Origin: Micrococcus luteus NCTC 2665
GTDB taxonomy: Bacteria > Actinomycetota > Actinomycetes > Actinomycetales > Micrococcaceae
NCBI RefSeq assembly: GCF_000023205.1
Contig: NC_012803.1
Location: 1,380,001-1,412,000, forward strand
Reading direction: 5' to 3'
DNA length: 32,000 nt
Positions 8,926 through 17,537 of this stretch are shown here, in pieces (positions within the stretch are counted from its first letter, which is position 1; the number at the start of each line of letters is the position of its first letter). The position numbers were made by a program, and so were the translations under genes. The notes beneath the pieces are model-generated. The model had not been told where the DNA came from, did no database searches, and saw only the letters and a list, made by a program, of their open reading frames with translations.

Positions 8926-10218
8926 ATGACCGCCGCCCTGCAGCGCCGCCTGACCCTGCTCCACGCCGTCGCGATCGGCCTCGGCTCGATGATCGGCGCG
9001 GGCGTGTTCACCGCGATCGGCCTGGCGGCCGCGCTCACCGGTGGCCACCCCGGCCTGCTGTACGCGGCCCTGGCGGTCGCGGCCGTCGCGGCCCTGTGCA
9101 ACGCCCTGTCCACGGCGCAGCTGGCCACCGTCCACCCCGAGTCCGGCGGCGCCTACATCTACGGCCGGCGGCAGCTGCACCCGTGGGCCGGCTTCGTCGC
9201 CGGCTGGGGCTTCGTCACGGGCAAGACCGCGTCGGTGGCCGCGATGGCGGCCACCCTCGGCCTGTACCTCTTCCCCGACGACGACGCCGCGGCCCGGTGG
9301 ACGGGCGTGGCCGCCGTCGTCGTGCTCACCGGCGTGGCGATGGCGGGCGTGACGCGGACCGCGCAGGCGACGACGGCGATCCTCATGCCCGTGCTCGCCG
9401 TGCTCGTCCTGGCCATCGGCGCGGGCCTGGCGCGCGAGGCCCCCGGGGGCTCGGCCGCGGCGCTCGGCGTCGACTCCCCCGTGCAGGGCGTGCTCATGGG
9501 TGCGGGCGTCCTGTTCTTCGCGTTCGCCGGCTACGCGCGCGTGGCCACCATGGGCGAGGAGGTCATCGACCCCGCACGCACGATCCCGCGCGCCATCCTG
9601 ATCGCCCTCGCCGTGACCGTGGCGCTGTACCTGCTGCTCGCCACGGCGCTGATCTCGGGCCTCGGGATCTCCGGACTGGCCCGCTCCCCGGCGCCCGTGC
9701 GCGACCTGCTCGAGACCGCCCTGGGCTCCGGCTGGGGCTGGGTGGCCGTGGCCGGCGCCGCCCTCGCCGCGGCCGGGGCCATGCTCACCCTGCTGACGGG
9801 CGTCTCCCGCACCGCCCTGGCCATGGCCCGCGAGGCCGACCTGCCCCGCCCCCTGGCACGGGTCCATGCGGGGACCGGCACGCCGTGGACGGCTCAGCTG
9901 ACGGTGGCCCTGGCCGTGGTCCTGCTCCTGCTCACCACGGACATCCTCACCGTGGTGGGCTTCAGCTCGTTCGGCGTGCTCGTCTACTACGCGGTGGCGA
10001 ACCTGTCCGCCCTGACCCTGCGCGGGGACGACGACGGCCGCCGCCCGGCCCGGCCGCGCCCGCTGCGCGTCCCCCGCGCCGTCAACATGCTCGGCCTGGC
10101 CCTGTGCCTGCTGCTCGCCCTCTGCCTGCCGCCGATGTCCGTGGCCGCGATGGCAGGCGTGTTCCTGATCGGGGTGGGCGGGCGCGCGTTCGTGCGGGCC
10201 GGGCGCCGGGGTGGGTGA
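8926..10218 (+). CDS. APC-family amino acid permease
   Basis: 430-aa polytopic membrane protein with about 12 hydrophobic segments. N-terminus LTLLHAVAIGLGSMIGAGVFTAIG is the typical APC signature. AGGAGGA lies 7 nt upstream of the ATG. Confidence 0.85.
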   Translation: MTAALQRRLTLLHAVAIGLGSMIGAGVFTAIGLAAALTGGHPGLLYAALAVAAVAALCNALSTAQLATVHPESGGAYIYGRRQLHPWAGFVAGWGFVTGKTASVAAMAATLGLYLFPDDDAAARWTGVAAVVVLTGVAMAGVTRTAQATTAILMPVLAVLVLAIGAGLAREAPGGSAAALGVDSPVQGVLMGAGVLFFAFAGYARVATMGEEVIDPARTIPRAILIALAVTVALYLLLATALISGLGISGLARSPAPVRDLLETALGSGWGWVAVAGAALAAAGAMLTLLTGVSRTALAMAREADLPRPLARVHAGTGTPWTAQLTVALAVVLLLLTTDILTVVGFSSFGVLVYYAVANLSALTLRGDDDGRRPARPRPLRVPRAVNMLGLALCLLLALCLPPMSVAAMAGVFLIGVGGRAFVRAGRRGG

Positions 10219-10254
10219 GCCGACGCGCGGACGGGTGTCGGCGTCGCACGCCGG

Positions 10255-10270
10255 GGCCGGCGCGCCGGCC
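10255..10270. terminator. GC palindrome between the convergent permease and hisS (possible bidirectional terminator)
   Basis: Perfect 16-nt palindrome ggccggcgcgccggcc in the 58-bp convergent spacer. No U-tract. Confidence 0.25.
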
Positions 10271-10276
10271 GCCCGC

Positions 10277-11653
10277 TCAGTCCTGCGCGCGGGCGACCTG
10301 CGGCAGCAGGTCCTCGGCCGGCGGGGTCCAGTCGGCCGGGTCCGCGGCGTGCTGCTCGCCGGAGCGGATGTCCTTCACCTCGTGGACCCGCGCGCCGGCG
10401 TCGTCCCGGCCCATGAACCACACGAACGGGATGCCGCGGCGGTCCGCGTACTTGATCTGCCTGCCGAACTTCTCCGCCGACACCGCGACCTCCGCGGGGA
10501 TGCCGCGCTCCCGCAGCAGGGCCGCGACGTCCTGGGCCTCGGACCAGTCCTCGTCCGCGGTCAGCGCCACGTACACTGCGGTCGGCACGGAGCGGGAGGC
10601 CACGGCCATCTGCTGGGACAGCATGCGCATCACCAGCCGCGTCACGCCGATGGACAGTCCGACACCGGGGAACACGCGGTTCCCCTTGGACGCGAGCGCG
10701 TCGTAGCGGCCGCCCGAGCAGATCGAGCCGAGCTGCTCGTGGCCCACCAGGACGGTCTCGTAGACGGTGCCCGTGTAGTAGTCCAGGCCGCGCGCGATGG
10801 ACAGGTCCGCCACGGCGCGCCCGGGGGCGCGGCGGTGCAGGGTGGCGACGACGTCGGCCAGCTCGGTCAGCCCCTCCTCGAGCAGCTCGTGGGTCACCCC
10901 CAGGGCGCGGACCCGCTCGACGAACGAGGTGTCCGACGTGCGGATGTCCGCCAGGGCCAGCGCCTGCGCAGCCTGCTCCGGGCTCGCGCCGACCTCCTCC
11001 TGGAGCAGCCGCGCGACCTCCTCCGGGCCGACCTTCTCCAGCTTGTCGATGCTGCGCAGCACGCCCGCGGTGTCCTCCAGGCCGATGCCCCGGTAGAAGC
11101 CCTCGGCGAGCTTGCGGTTGTTCACGCGGATGAGGAAGTCGCCGATCGGCAGGGCGCCGAGCGCCTCGGCCATCACCAGTGCGACGTCGGCGTCGTACCG
11201 GGGTGAGAGGGCGCCGTCGCCGACGACGTCGATGTCCGCCTGGGTGAACTCGCGGGCGCGGCCCTCCTGAGGGCGCTCCCCGCGCCAGACCTTCTGCATC
11301 TGGTAGCGACGGAAGGGGAAGGCGAGGTGGCCGGCGTTCTCCACGACGTAGCGGGCGAACGGCACGGTGAGGTCGAAGTGCAGGGCCAGGCGCTTGGGGT
11401 CGGCCGGGTCCTTGGGCTCGCGCCGGCCCGCGGCGACCTCCTCGTCCTCGGCCAGACGCGAGACCGCGTAGACCTCCTTGTCCACCTCGCCCTTGCGCAG
11501 CAGCTGGCCCAGGGTCTCCACGGCACGGGTCTCGATGCCGGCGAACCCGTGCAGCTCGAAGGTCCGCCGCAGCGTGTCGAGCACGTGCTGCTCCACGAGC
11601 CGCTCGGCGGGCAGCCACTCGTGGAAACCGGACAGGGAGGCCTTGCGGGACAT
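10277..11653 (-). CDS. hisS: Histidine--tRNA ligase
   Basis: 458 aa. MSRKASLSGFHEWLPAERLVEQHVLDTLRRTFELHGFAGIETRAVE..., class II motifs (FRRYQMQKVWRGERPQEGRAREFTQADID; GGRYDAL) and an anticodon-binding C-terminus. GAAGGA lies 5 nt upstream of the ATG. Confidence 0.95.
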   Translation of the reverse strand: MSRKASLSGFHEWLPAERLVEQHVLDTLRRTFELHGFAGIETRAVETLGQLLRKGEVDKEVYAVSRLAEDEEVAAGRREPKDPADPKRLALHFDLTVPFARYVVENAGHLAFPFRRYQMQKVWRGERPQEGRAREFTQADIDVVGDGALSPRYDADVALVMAEALGALPIGDFLIRVNNRKLAEGFYRGIGLEDTAGVLRSIDKLEKVGPEEVARLLQEEVGASPEQAAQALALADIRTSDTSFVERVRALGVTHELLEEGLTELADVVATLHRRAPGRAVADLSIARGLDYYTGTVYETVLVGHEQLGSICSGGRYDALASKGNRVFPGVGLSIGVTRLVMRMLSQQMAVASRSVPTAVYVALTADEDWSEAQDVAALLRERGIPAEVAVSAEKFGRQIKYADRRGIPFVWFMGRDDAGARVHEVKDIRSGEQHAADPADWTPPAEDLLPQVARAQD

Positions 11654-11715
11654 GGCGATCCTTCGAGACGACGACGGCGGGGACGCGCGACGGTCCCCCG
11701 CCGGCGCACCGGCCC

Positions 11716-11721
11716 ATTCTA
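11716..11721 (-). promoter_or_regulatory. Candidate hisS -10 hexamer (TAGAAT)
   Basis: Minus-strand TAGAAT about 63 nt upstream of the hisS ATG. It is an AT-rich hexamer in otherwise GC-rich spacer. An imperfect hairpin (11676-11702) would lie in the resulting 5' UTR. Confidence 0.3.
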
Positions 11722-11827
11722 GGCGCGGGCGCTGTCCGGCCCGGTACGCTGGCCCTGTTCGTGTCCATCCCGACCGGCCGCATCCCTCGACGACTGCGTG
11801 CCGGCGCAGTCAGGGAGAGTTCCAGCG

Positions 11828-13366
11828 GTGACCAATCACATGCAGCCCGACGACCAGCAGTCCCCCACCACCGAGGCCACCCCCGCGTCGGCCGAGGCCG
11901 CCGAGACGACCGTGCCCGCCGAGGCCCGTCCCGTCCCCGAGATCGTCCCCGACGCCCCGGCGCACGGTGATTCCTCACAGCCCGCCGAGGCGCCCGCCAT
12001 GCCCTCCCCGGCCGCGATGAAGAAGGCCAGCCCGGCCGCCGTGCGCCCTGCGACGCCCGCCGCCGCGTCCGCCGCCCCGGCCCCCGTCGTGGCCCCGACC
12101 GTGCCGCCCACCCCGGTGGGGGAGGCCGCCGAGTTCGCCCGGGTGAGCGAGGACGGCCACGTCACGCTGCTGGACGGGCAGGAGGAGCACGCGGTCGGCC
12201 AGGTGCCGGACGCGAGCACCGAGGACGCGCTGGCGTACTTCGTCCGCAAGTACGACGACGTGCGCGCCCAGATGGCCCTGTTCGAGCAGCGCATCGCCGC
12301 GGGCGCCCCCTCGGGTGAGCTGGGGCGGGCGCTGGGCCAGATGACGACCGCGGTGAACGAGCGCCACATGGTCGGCGACATGGACGCCCTCCGCACCCGC
12401 CTGGCGGCCTTGGAGACCCTCCTGGGTGACTACCGCGCCGCGGAACAGGAGGCCCGGCAGGCCGCCCAGGCCGAGCAGCTGGCCACCCGCGAGGCCATCG
12501 TCGCCGAGGCCGAGACCTTCGCCCAGACCCCGGCCGAGCGGATGCCCTGGAAGACCGCGTCCCAGCGCATGACGGAGCTGTTCGAGGAGTGGAAGGCCGC
12601 CCAGAAGGCCGGCCCGCGTCTGGCCAAGTCGGTCGAGGACGACCTGTGGAAGCGCTTCCGCGGCGCCCGCACCACGTTCGACAAGACCCGCCGCGCCCAC
12701 TTCTCCCGGCTGGACGCCGCCTCGGCCGAGGCCAAGCAGGTCAAGGAGCGCCTCATTGCCCGCGCCGAGGAGCTGTCCACGTCCACCGACTGGGGCGTGA
12801 CCGCCGGCAAGTACCGCGACCTGATGGACGAGTGGAAGCGCGCGCCCCGGGCCTCCCGCAAGGAGGACGACGCCCTCTGGGCCCGCTTCCGCGCCGCCCA
12901 GGACGTCTTCTTCGCCGCCCGCAAGGCCGCGAACCAGGAGATCGACCGCGAGTACGGGGCCAACCTGAAGGTGAAGGAGCAGATCCTCGCCGACGGCCAG
13001 AAGCTGCTCCCCTTCACGGACGTCAAGGCCGGGCGGCGCACGCTCAACGAGCTGCGCGGGCGGTGGGAGGATGCCGGCCGCGTGCCCCGCGGGGACGTCC
13101 GTCGCATGGAGGAGGGCTTCCGCAGGCTCGAGGACGCCCTCAAGCAGGCGGAGAACGAGCACTGGCGCCGCACCGATCCGGAGACCAAGGCCCGCACGAA
13201 CTCCGCCCTCACGCAGCTCGAGGAGACCATCGCCGGGCTCGAGGCGGATCTCGCCCGGGCCCAGGCCGAGGGCGACCAGCGCGCCGTCAAGAAGGCTCAG
13301 GAGGCGCTCGACGCGCGCCTGCAGTGGAAGCAGGCCCTCGAGGCCTCGGCCTCCGAGCTCCGCTGA
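11828..13366 (+). CDS. DUF349 domain-containing protein
   Basis: Pro/Ala-rich N-terminus followed by about three repeats of the DUF349-type unit (W[KE]..... ..LW.RFR.A.D.FF..R..). GTG 11828 sits 8 nt after GGGAGAG. Alternative starts are GTG 11798 and ATG 11840. Confidence 0.8.
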   Translation: MTNHMQPDDQQSPTTEATPASAEAAETTVPAEARPVPEIVPDAPAHGDSSQPAEAPAMPSPAAMKKASPAAVRPATPAAASAAPAPVVAPTVPPTPVGEAAEFARVSEDGHVTLLDGQEEHAVGQVPDASTEDALAYFVRKYDDVRAQMALFEQRIAAGAPSGELGRALGQMTTAVNERHMVGDMDALRTRLAALETLLGDYRAAEQEARQAAQAEQLATREAIVAEAETFAQTPAERMPWKTASQRMTELFEEWKAAQKAGPRLAKSVEDDLWKRFRGARTTFDKTRRAHFSRLDAASAEAKQVKERLIARAEELSTSTDWGVTAGKYRDLMDEWKRAPRASRKEDDALWARFRAAQDVFFAARKAANQEIDREYGANLKVKEQILADGQKLLPFTDVKAGRRTLNELRGRWEDAGRVPRGDVRRMEEGFRRLEDALKQAENEHWRRTDPETKARTNSALTQLEETIAGLEADLARAQAEGDQRAVKKAQEALDARLQWKQALEASASELR

Positions 13367-13384
13367 GCCCCACCCGTCTCGAGC

Positions 13385-13437
13385 ACGCCCCCGCGGCCCG
13401 TCTGTCCACAGGCGGCCGCGGGGGCGTCCTTGTCTCT
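13385..13437 (+). terminator. Intrinsic-terminator-like hairpin after the DUF349 gene
   Basis: Perfect 14-bp stem, acgcccccgcggcc (13385-13398) with ggccgcgggggcgt (13414-13427), and a 15-nt loop. It is followed by ccttgtctct. Confidence 0.55.
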
Positions 13438-13451
13438 GGCAGGCTCCGGGC

Positions 13452-14069
13452 ATGACGACCGTGACGATCGAGGAGACCGCCCCGGCCGGGGCGCTCATGC
13501 TGGCGGGCGACCCCTTCACGGAGCCGGAGCTGCAGGCGCTCGGCGCGCGGGGCGCCGTGCGACCGCTGCTGCCCGGAGTGTGGGCGCGGCCGGACGCGGC
13601 GGACGATCCCGCGGTCCGGGCCGCCGCCCTGTGGACCCTCGGCGGCCCGCTCCTGGCCGCCGGCTGGACCGCGATCGGCCCGTCGGCGGCCTGGATCCTG
13701 GCCGGCGGCGCGGCGCCCGGGCGGCTGCACGCGGCCGTGCCGCACTTCCACCGGCGCCCCGCCGGCGGGGGCCAGCTGCCCTGGACGCTCACGCAGTCGG
13801 ACGTCGCAGCCGATGCCACGGGCGTCGCCCCCGCCGAACAGGACGTGCTCCGCTTCGGCCCCGTGCGGGTCACCACGCCCGCCCGGACGGTCGAAGACCT
13901 GCTGCTCAGCGCCGACCCGGATGCGGCGCGGCGCGCGGCTGCCGTGATCGGCGCCCACGGCGCCGCCGGGCTGCGGGAGCGGCTGGCCCGCCGGACCCGC
14001 CGCGCCGGCGTCGTGGCGGCCCGGCGCCGGCTGGGCGCGCTGCTGACGGCGCTGGACGTCCCCGACTGA
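13452..14069 (+). CDS. Hypothetical protein with AbiEi-antitoxin-like N-terminal features
   Basis: 205 aa, high GC3. Motifs resembling AbiEi-type wHTH proteins: FTEPELQALGARGAVRPLLPGVWAR, TAIGPSAAWILAG, VRVTTPARTVEDLL. The assignment is by eye only. Confidence 0.55.
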   Translation: MTTVTIEETAPAGALMLAGDPFTEPELQALGARGAVRPLLPGVWARPDAADDPAVRAAALWTLGGPLLAAGWTAIGPSAAWILAGGAAPGRLHAAVPHFHRRPAGGGQLPWTLTQSDVAADATGVAPAEQDVLRFGPVRVTTPARTVEDLLLSADPDAARRAAAVIGAHGAAGLRERLARRTRRAGVVAARRRLGALLTALDVPD

Positions 14070-14080
14070 GGCCGGGAGGC

Positions 14081-16360
14081 TCAGGTGCGGTGCACGTCGA
14101 ACACGCCGTCGATGCGGCGCACCGCGTCGATCACGTGGCCGAGGAACCGGGGGTCGCCCATCTCGAAGACGAACCGGCTCATCGCAACGCGGTCGCGGGT
14201 GGTGTTCACGGAGGCCGAGAGGATGTTCACGTGGTTCTCGGAGAGGACCCGTGTGACGTCGGAGAGCAGCGACTTGCGGTCCAGCGCCTCGATCTGGATC
14301 TCGACCAGGTAGACGGTGTCCCTCGACGGCGCCCAGCTGACCGGGGTGCGGCGCTCCGGCTCCTGCGCGAGCAGGGTCGCCAGGTTCGGACAGTCGACCC
14401 GGTGCACGGAGACCCCGGAGCCGCGGGTGACGAACCCGTCGATGGCATCCGGCGGCACCGGGTTGCAGCACCGGGCCAGTTTGGCCATGACACCGCCGTC
14501 GCCGTCCACGAGCACGCCGGCGTCGTTGGTGGCCCGCGCGGGGGCGCGCCGCGCCTGAGCCGGGACCAGCTCCTGCAGGTCCACCTCGCCGACGGTCAGT
14601 TCGCCCTCCGGCTCGGCCTGCGTCGGCGTCGGCGGAGCGAGGCGCTCCGCGACGCGTTCCTGCACGGACTGCGCGGACACGTGACCGTCGCCGAGGGCCA
14701 CGAACAGCCCGTCGAGGTCCGCGTAGCCGAGATCCGTGGCCACCTGCACCAGCTCCTCGCCGCCGAGCACGTGCTGCACGGCCATGCCGGCCTTGCGCAG
14801 CTGACGGGTCAGCGACTCGCGTCCCCGGTCGGCCTGCTCGCCGCGGCGCTGAGTGGCGAAGTGGTGACGGATCTTGGACCGGGCCCGTGGCGAGACCACG
14901 AAGCCCAGCCAGTCCCGGCTCGGGCCCGCGTCCTCGGCGCGCGAGGTGAAGACCTCCACGGTGTCACCGTGGCTCAGCGGCGTGGACAGCGGGACGAGCT
15001 TGCCGTTGACCCGGGCACCGATGGTGCGGTGGCCGACGTCGGTGTGGATGGCGTAGGCGAAGTCCACGGGCGTGGAGCCGGCCGGCAGGGTGCGGATCTC
15101 CCCCTTCGGCGTGAAGACGTACACCTCGTCCGCCCCGATCTGGGTGCGCAGCGAGGCGAGGAACTCGTCCGGGTCCCGGGTGTCCGCCTGCCAGTCCATC
15201 ACCGAGCGCAGCCAGGCCGGCGTGGCCTGCACCGGCGCCTGGCCGGCGGCCTGGGCCTTGTACCGCCAGTGCGCGGCGACGCCGTACTCGGCCTGGCGGT
15301 GCATCTCCTGCGTGCGGATCTGGATCTCCACCGGCTTGCCGCCCGGCACCATCACCGTGGTGTGCAGGGAGCGGTACATGTTCAGCTTCGGGACCGCGAT
15401 GTAGTCCTTGAACCGACCCGGGACCGGGTTCCAGCGGGCGTGGATCGCGCCGAGCACGGCGTAGCAGTCCCGCACGGAGTCCACGAGCACCCGGATGCCC
15501 GTCAGGTCGTGGATGTCGTCGAAGTCCTTCCCGCGCGTCACCATCTTCTGGTAGATCGAGTAGTAGTGCTTCGGCCGTCCGGTGACGGTCGCCCGGATCC
15601 GGTGCTCGCGCAGATGATCCTCGATCACGGTGCGCAGCGCCGCGATGTGCTTCTCCCGCTCCGGGTTCCGCTCCCCCACGAGGCGCACGATCTCCGCGTA
15701 CATCTTGGGCTTGAGGGCGGCGAAGGAGAGGTCCTCGAGCTCCCACTTGACGGTGTTCATGCCGAGCCGGTGGGCCAGCGGGGCGTAGATGTCCAGGGTC
15801 TCCTGGGCCTTGCGCGCGCTGGATTCCGGGGAGACGTACCGCCACGTCCGCGCGTTGTGCAGCCGGTCGGCGAGCTTGATGAGCAGGACGTTCACGTCCT
15901 GGGCCATCGCGATGACCATCTTGCGCACGGTCTCGGCCTGCGCCGCGGCGCCGTAGGTCACCTTGTCCAGCTTGGTCACGCCGTCCACGAGGAGGGCGAC
16001 GTCGGAGCCGAAGTCGGCGCGCAGGCGCTCCAGGGAGTAGTCCGTGTCCTCGACGGTGTCGTGCAGCAGGGCCGCCAGGAGGGTCGGGCCGGTCACGCCG
16101 ATCTCGGCGAGGATCGTGGCGACCGCGACGGGGTGGGTGATGTACGGGTCCCCGGAGCGCCGCATCTGCCCCTCGTGTGCCGCGCGGGCGACCTCGAAGG
16201 CGCGGACGATCTCGGCCAGCTCGGTCTTGGTGGCTCGCTGCCGCACCGTGCGCATCAGCGGCTCGAGCAGGGGCGAGTACTCGGTGGCGTGCCGGCCGGT
16301 CAGCCGTGCGATCCGGCCGCGGGGCCGGACCGGGACGGGAGTGGGGTCCTGCTCGCTCAT
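14081..16360 (-). CDS. relA: Bifunctional (p)ppGpp synthetase/hydrolase (RelA/SpoT homologue)
   Basis: 759 aa from ATG 16360 (AGGAGG upstream). HD hydrolase motifs (YITHPVAVATILAE, LLHDTVEDT), synthetase core (YRSLHTTV, EIQIRT), and TGS and ACT-like C-terminal regions. Confidence 0.95.
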   Translation of the reverse strand: MSEQDPTPVPVRPRGRIARLTGRHATEYSPLLEPLMRTVRQRATKTELAEIVRAFEVARAAHEGQMRRSGDPYITHPVAVATILAEIGVTGPTLLAALLHDTVEDTDYSLERLRADFGSDVALLVDGVTKLDKVTYGAAAQAETVRKMVIAMAQDVNVLLIKLADRLHNARTWRYVSPESSARKAQETLDIYAPLAHRLGMNTVKWELEDLSFAALKPKMYAEIVRLVGERNPEREKHIAALRTVIEDHLREHRIRATVTGRPKHYYSIYQKMVTRGKDFDDIHDLTGIRVLVDSVRDCYAVLGAIHARWNPVPGRFKDYIAVPKLNMYRSLHTTVMVPGGKPVEIQIRTQEMHRQAEYGVAAHWRYKAQAAGQAPVQATPAWLRSVMDWQADTRDPDEFLASLRTQIGADEVYVFTPKGEIRTLPAGSTPVDFAYAIHTDVGHRTIGARVNGKLVPLSTPLSHGDTVEVFTSRAEDAGPSRDWLGFVVSPRARSKIRHHFATQRRGEQADRGRESLTRQLRKAGMAVQHVLGGEELVQVATDLGYADLDGLFVALGDGHVSAQSVQERVAERLAPPTPTQAEPEGELTVGEVDLQELVPAQARRAPARATNDAGVLVDGDGGVMAKLARCCNPVPPDAIDGFVTRGSGVSVHRVDCPNLATLLAQEPERRTPVSWAPSRDTVYLVEIQIEALDRKSLLSDVTRVLSENHVNILSASVNTTRDRVAMSRFVFEMGDPRFLGHVIDAVRRIDGVFDVHRT

Positions 16361-16478
16361 GGGCCACGCCTCCTGACTCGTGCGGCCCCGACCGCTCCGG
16401 CCGGGATGATCGGCGAGTCTACCCGCGCCCGTCCCGCCCCGCCCCAGAAAGACCGCCGGGCCCGGTGGCAGGTGCACC

Positions 16479-16495
16479 GGAGCCGCAGCGGCTCC
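16479..16495 (-). terminator. Hairpin immediately after the secF stop
   Basis: ggagccg / cggctcc forms a 7-bp stem with a 3-nt loop, 1 nt downstream of the secF stop. No clear U-tract. Confidence 0.3.
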
Positions 16496-16496
16496 G

Positions 16497-17537
16497 TCAG
16501 AGTCGCGCGCCGTCGTCCCAGGGGGCGACGTCGGGATCGGTGACCGCCTCTGAGGCACGCTCCCGGGCGGCGCGGGCCGCGGCCCGGGCGTCGTGGTCGC
16601 GCACGTCCGGGTCGTTGCGGCGCAGCAGGGCGTACAGCGGCGCCTGGAGGAACAGTGTGGACAGGGTGCCCACGATGATGCCCACGAACAGCGCGAGCGC
16701 GATGTCCCGCAGCGTGCCGGCACCGAGCAGCCCCGCGCCGATGAACAGGATCGAGCCGACCGGCAGGATGCCGACGACGGAGGTCGTGATGGACCGGACG
16801 AGCGTCTGGTTCACCGCGAGGTTCACGTTCTCGACGAAGGAGCGCTCCGGGTCCTCCCCGGCCCCGATCGTGTTCTCGCGGATCTTGTCGAAGACCACCA
16901 CGGTGTCGTAGAGCGCGTACGACAGGATCGTGAGGAAGCCGATGATGGCCGACGGCGTGATCTCGAAGCCGGTGGCGCCGTAGATGCCGGCGGTCAGCGC
17001 GACCACGTAGAGCATGCCGAGCACGGCGGCCAGGGACATCTTCCAGGTGCGGAAGTACACGGCCATGAACAGGGCCACGAGCACCACGAAGATCACCAGG
17101 CCGATCAGGGCCTGCTGCGACACCGCGGCGCCCCAGGTCGGCCCCACGAAGGTCGAGGTCACCTGGTCCGGGCCCACGCCGTAGGCCTCCTGCAGGTTCG
17201 CGGCCACGGCTCGGGTCTGGGCGTCGTCGAGCTGCTCGGTCTGGACGCGCACGGTGCCCGGGGCGACGTTCGTGACGGTGGCGTGGCCGTCGGCCAGCAC
17301 GTCGGTCACGGCGCGCTCGCCCGCGGCCACGTCGGTGGAGGCCGTCTGCGAGACGGTGAACTCGGAGCCGCCCCGGAACTCGATGCCGAGGTTGAAGCCA
17401 CCGCGGAGGGCGGTCAGGCCGCCGGCGAGGACGAGCAGCAGGGCGGCGAGGGCGAACCACCGCCGCCAGCGCTGGATGAACGGGTAGGAGATGCGGCCCG
17501 AGTAGAGGGCGTTGCCCCAGTCGGCGAAGCGGTTCAC
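16497..17537 (-). CDS. secF: Protein translocase subunit SecF
   Basis: VNRFADWGNALYSGRISYPFIQ...FNLGIEFRGGSEF... with six predicted TM segments. The GTG start at 17537 overlaps the secD stop (GTGA, 17534-17537). Confidence 0.93.
   Translation of the reverse strand: MNRFADWGNALYSGRISYPFIQRWRRWFALAALLLVLAGGLTALRGGFNLGIEFRGGSEFTVSQTASTDVAAGERAVTDVLADGHATVTNVAPGTVRVQTEQLDDAQTRAVAANLQEAYGVGPDQVTSTFVGPTWGAAVSQQALIGLVIFVVLVALFMAVYFRTWKMSLAAVLGMLYVVALTAGIYGATGFEITPSAIIGFLTILSYALYDTVVVFDKIRENTIGAGEDPERSFVENVNLAVNQTLVRSITTSVVGILPVGSILFIGAGLLGAGTLRDIALALFVGIIVGTLSTLFLQAPLYALLRRNDPDVRDHDARAAARAARERASEAVTDPDVAPWDDGARL

Noticed and set aside
9987-11978. 663-aa minus-strand ORF
   Set aside because: It is an out-of-frame overlap of the permease 3' end, hisS and the spacer, with an Arg/Pro/Gly-rich product. 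The in-frame hisS ORF (10277-11653) is the real gene.
14097-14112. LexA-box-like TCGAACACGCCGTCGA
   Set aside because: It lies inside the relA coding sequence near its 3' end, its second half-site has two mismatches, and no promoter context exists. It shows that matches of this quality occur by chance.
16361-16496. Absence of apt between secF and relA (present there in Streptomyces and Mycobacterium as I recall)
   Set aside because: Only a 136-bp spacer is present, with no gene remnant that I can see. Lineage-specific relocation of apt is plausible and cannot be judged without comparative genomes.
13430-16543. 1037-aa plus-strand ORF
   Set aside because: It is entirely antisense to relA. 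The product is Arg/Gly/Pro/His-rich low complexity with no recognisable motifs. Long stop-free antisense frames are expected at about 72% GC. relA on the opposite strand has full domain support.
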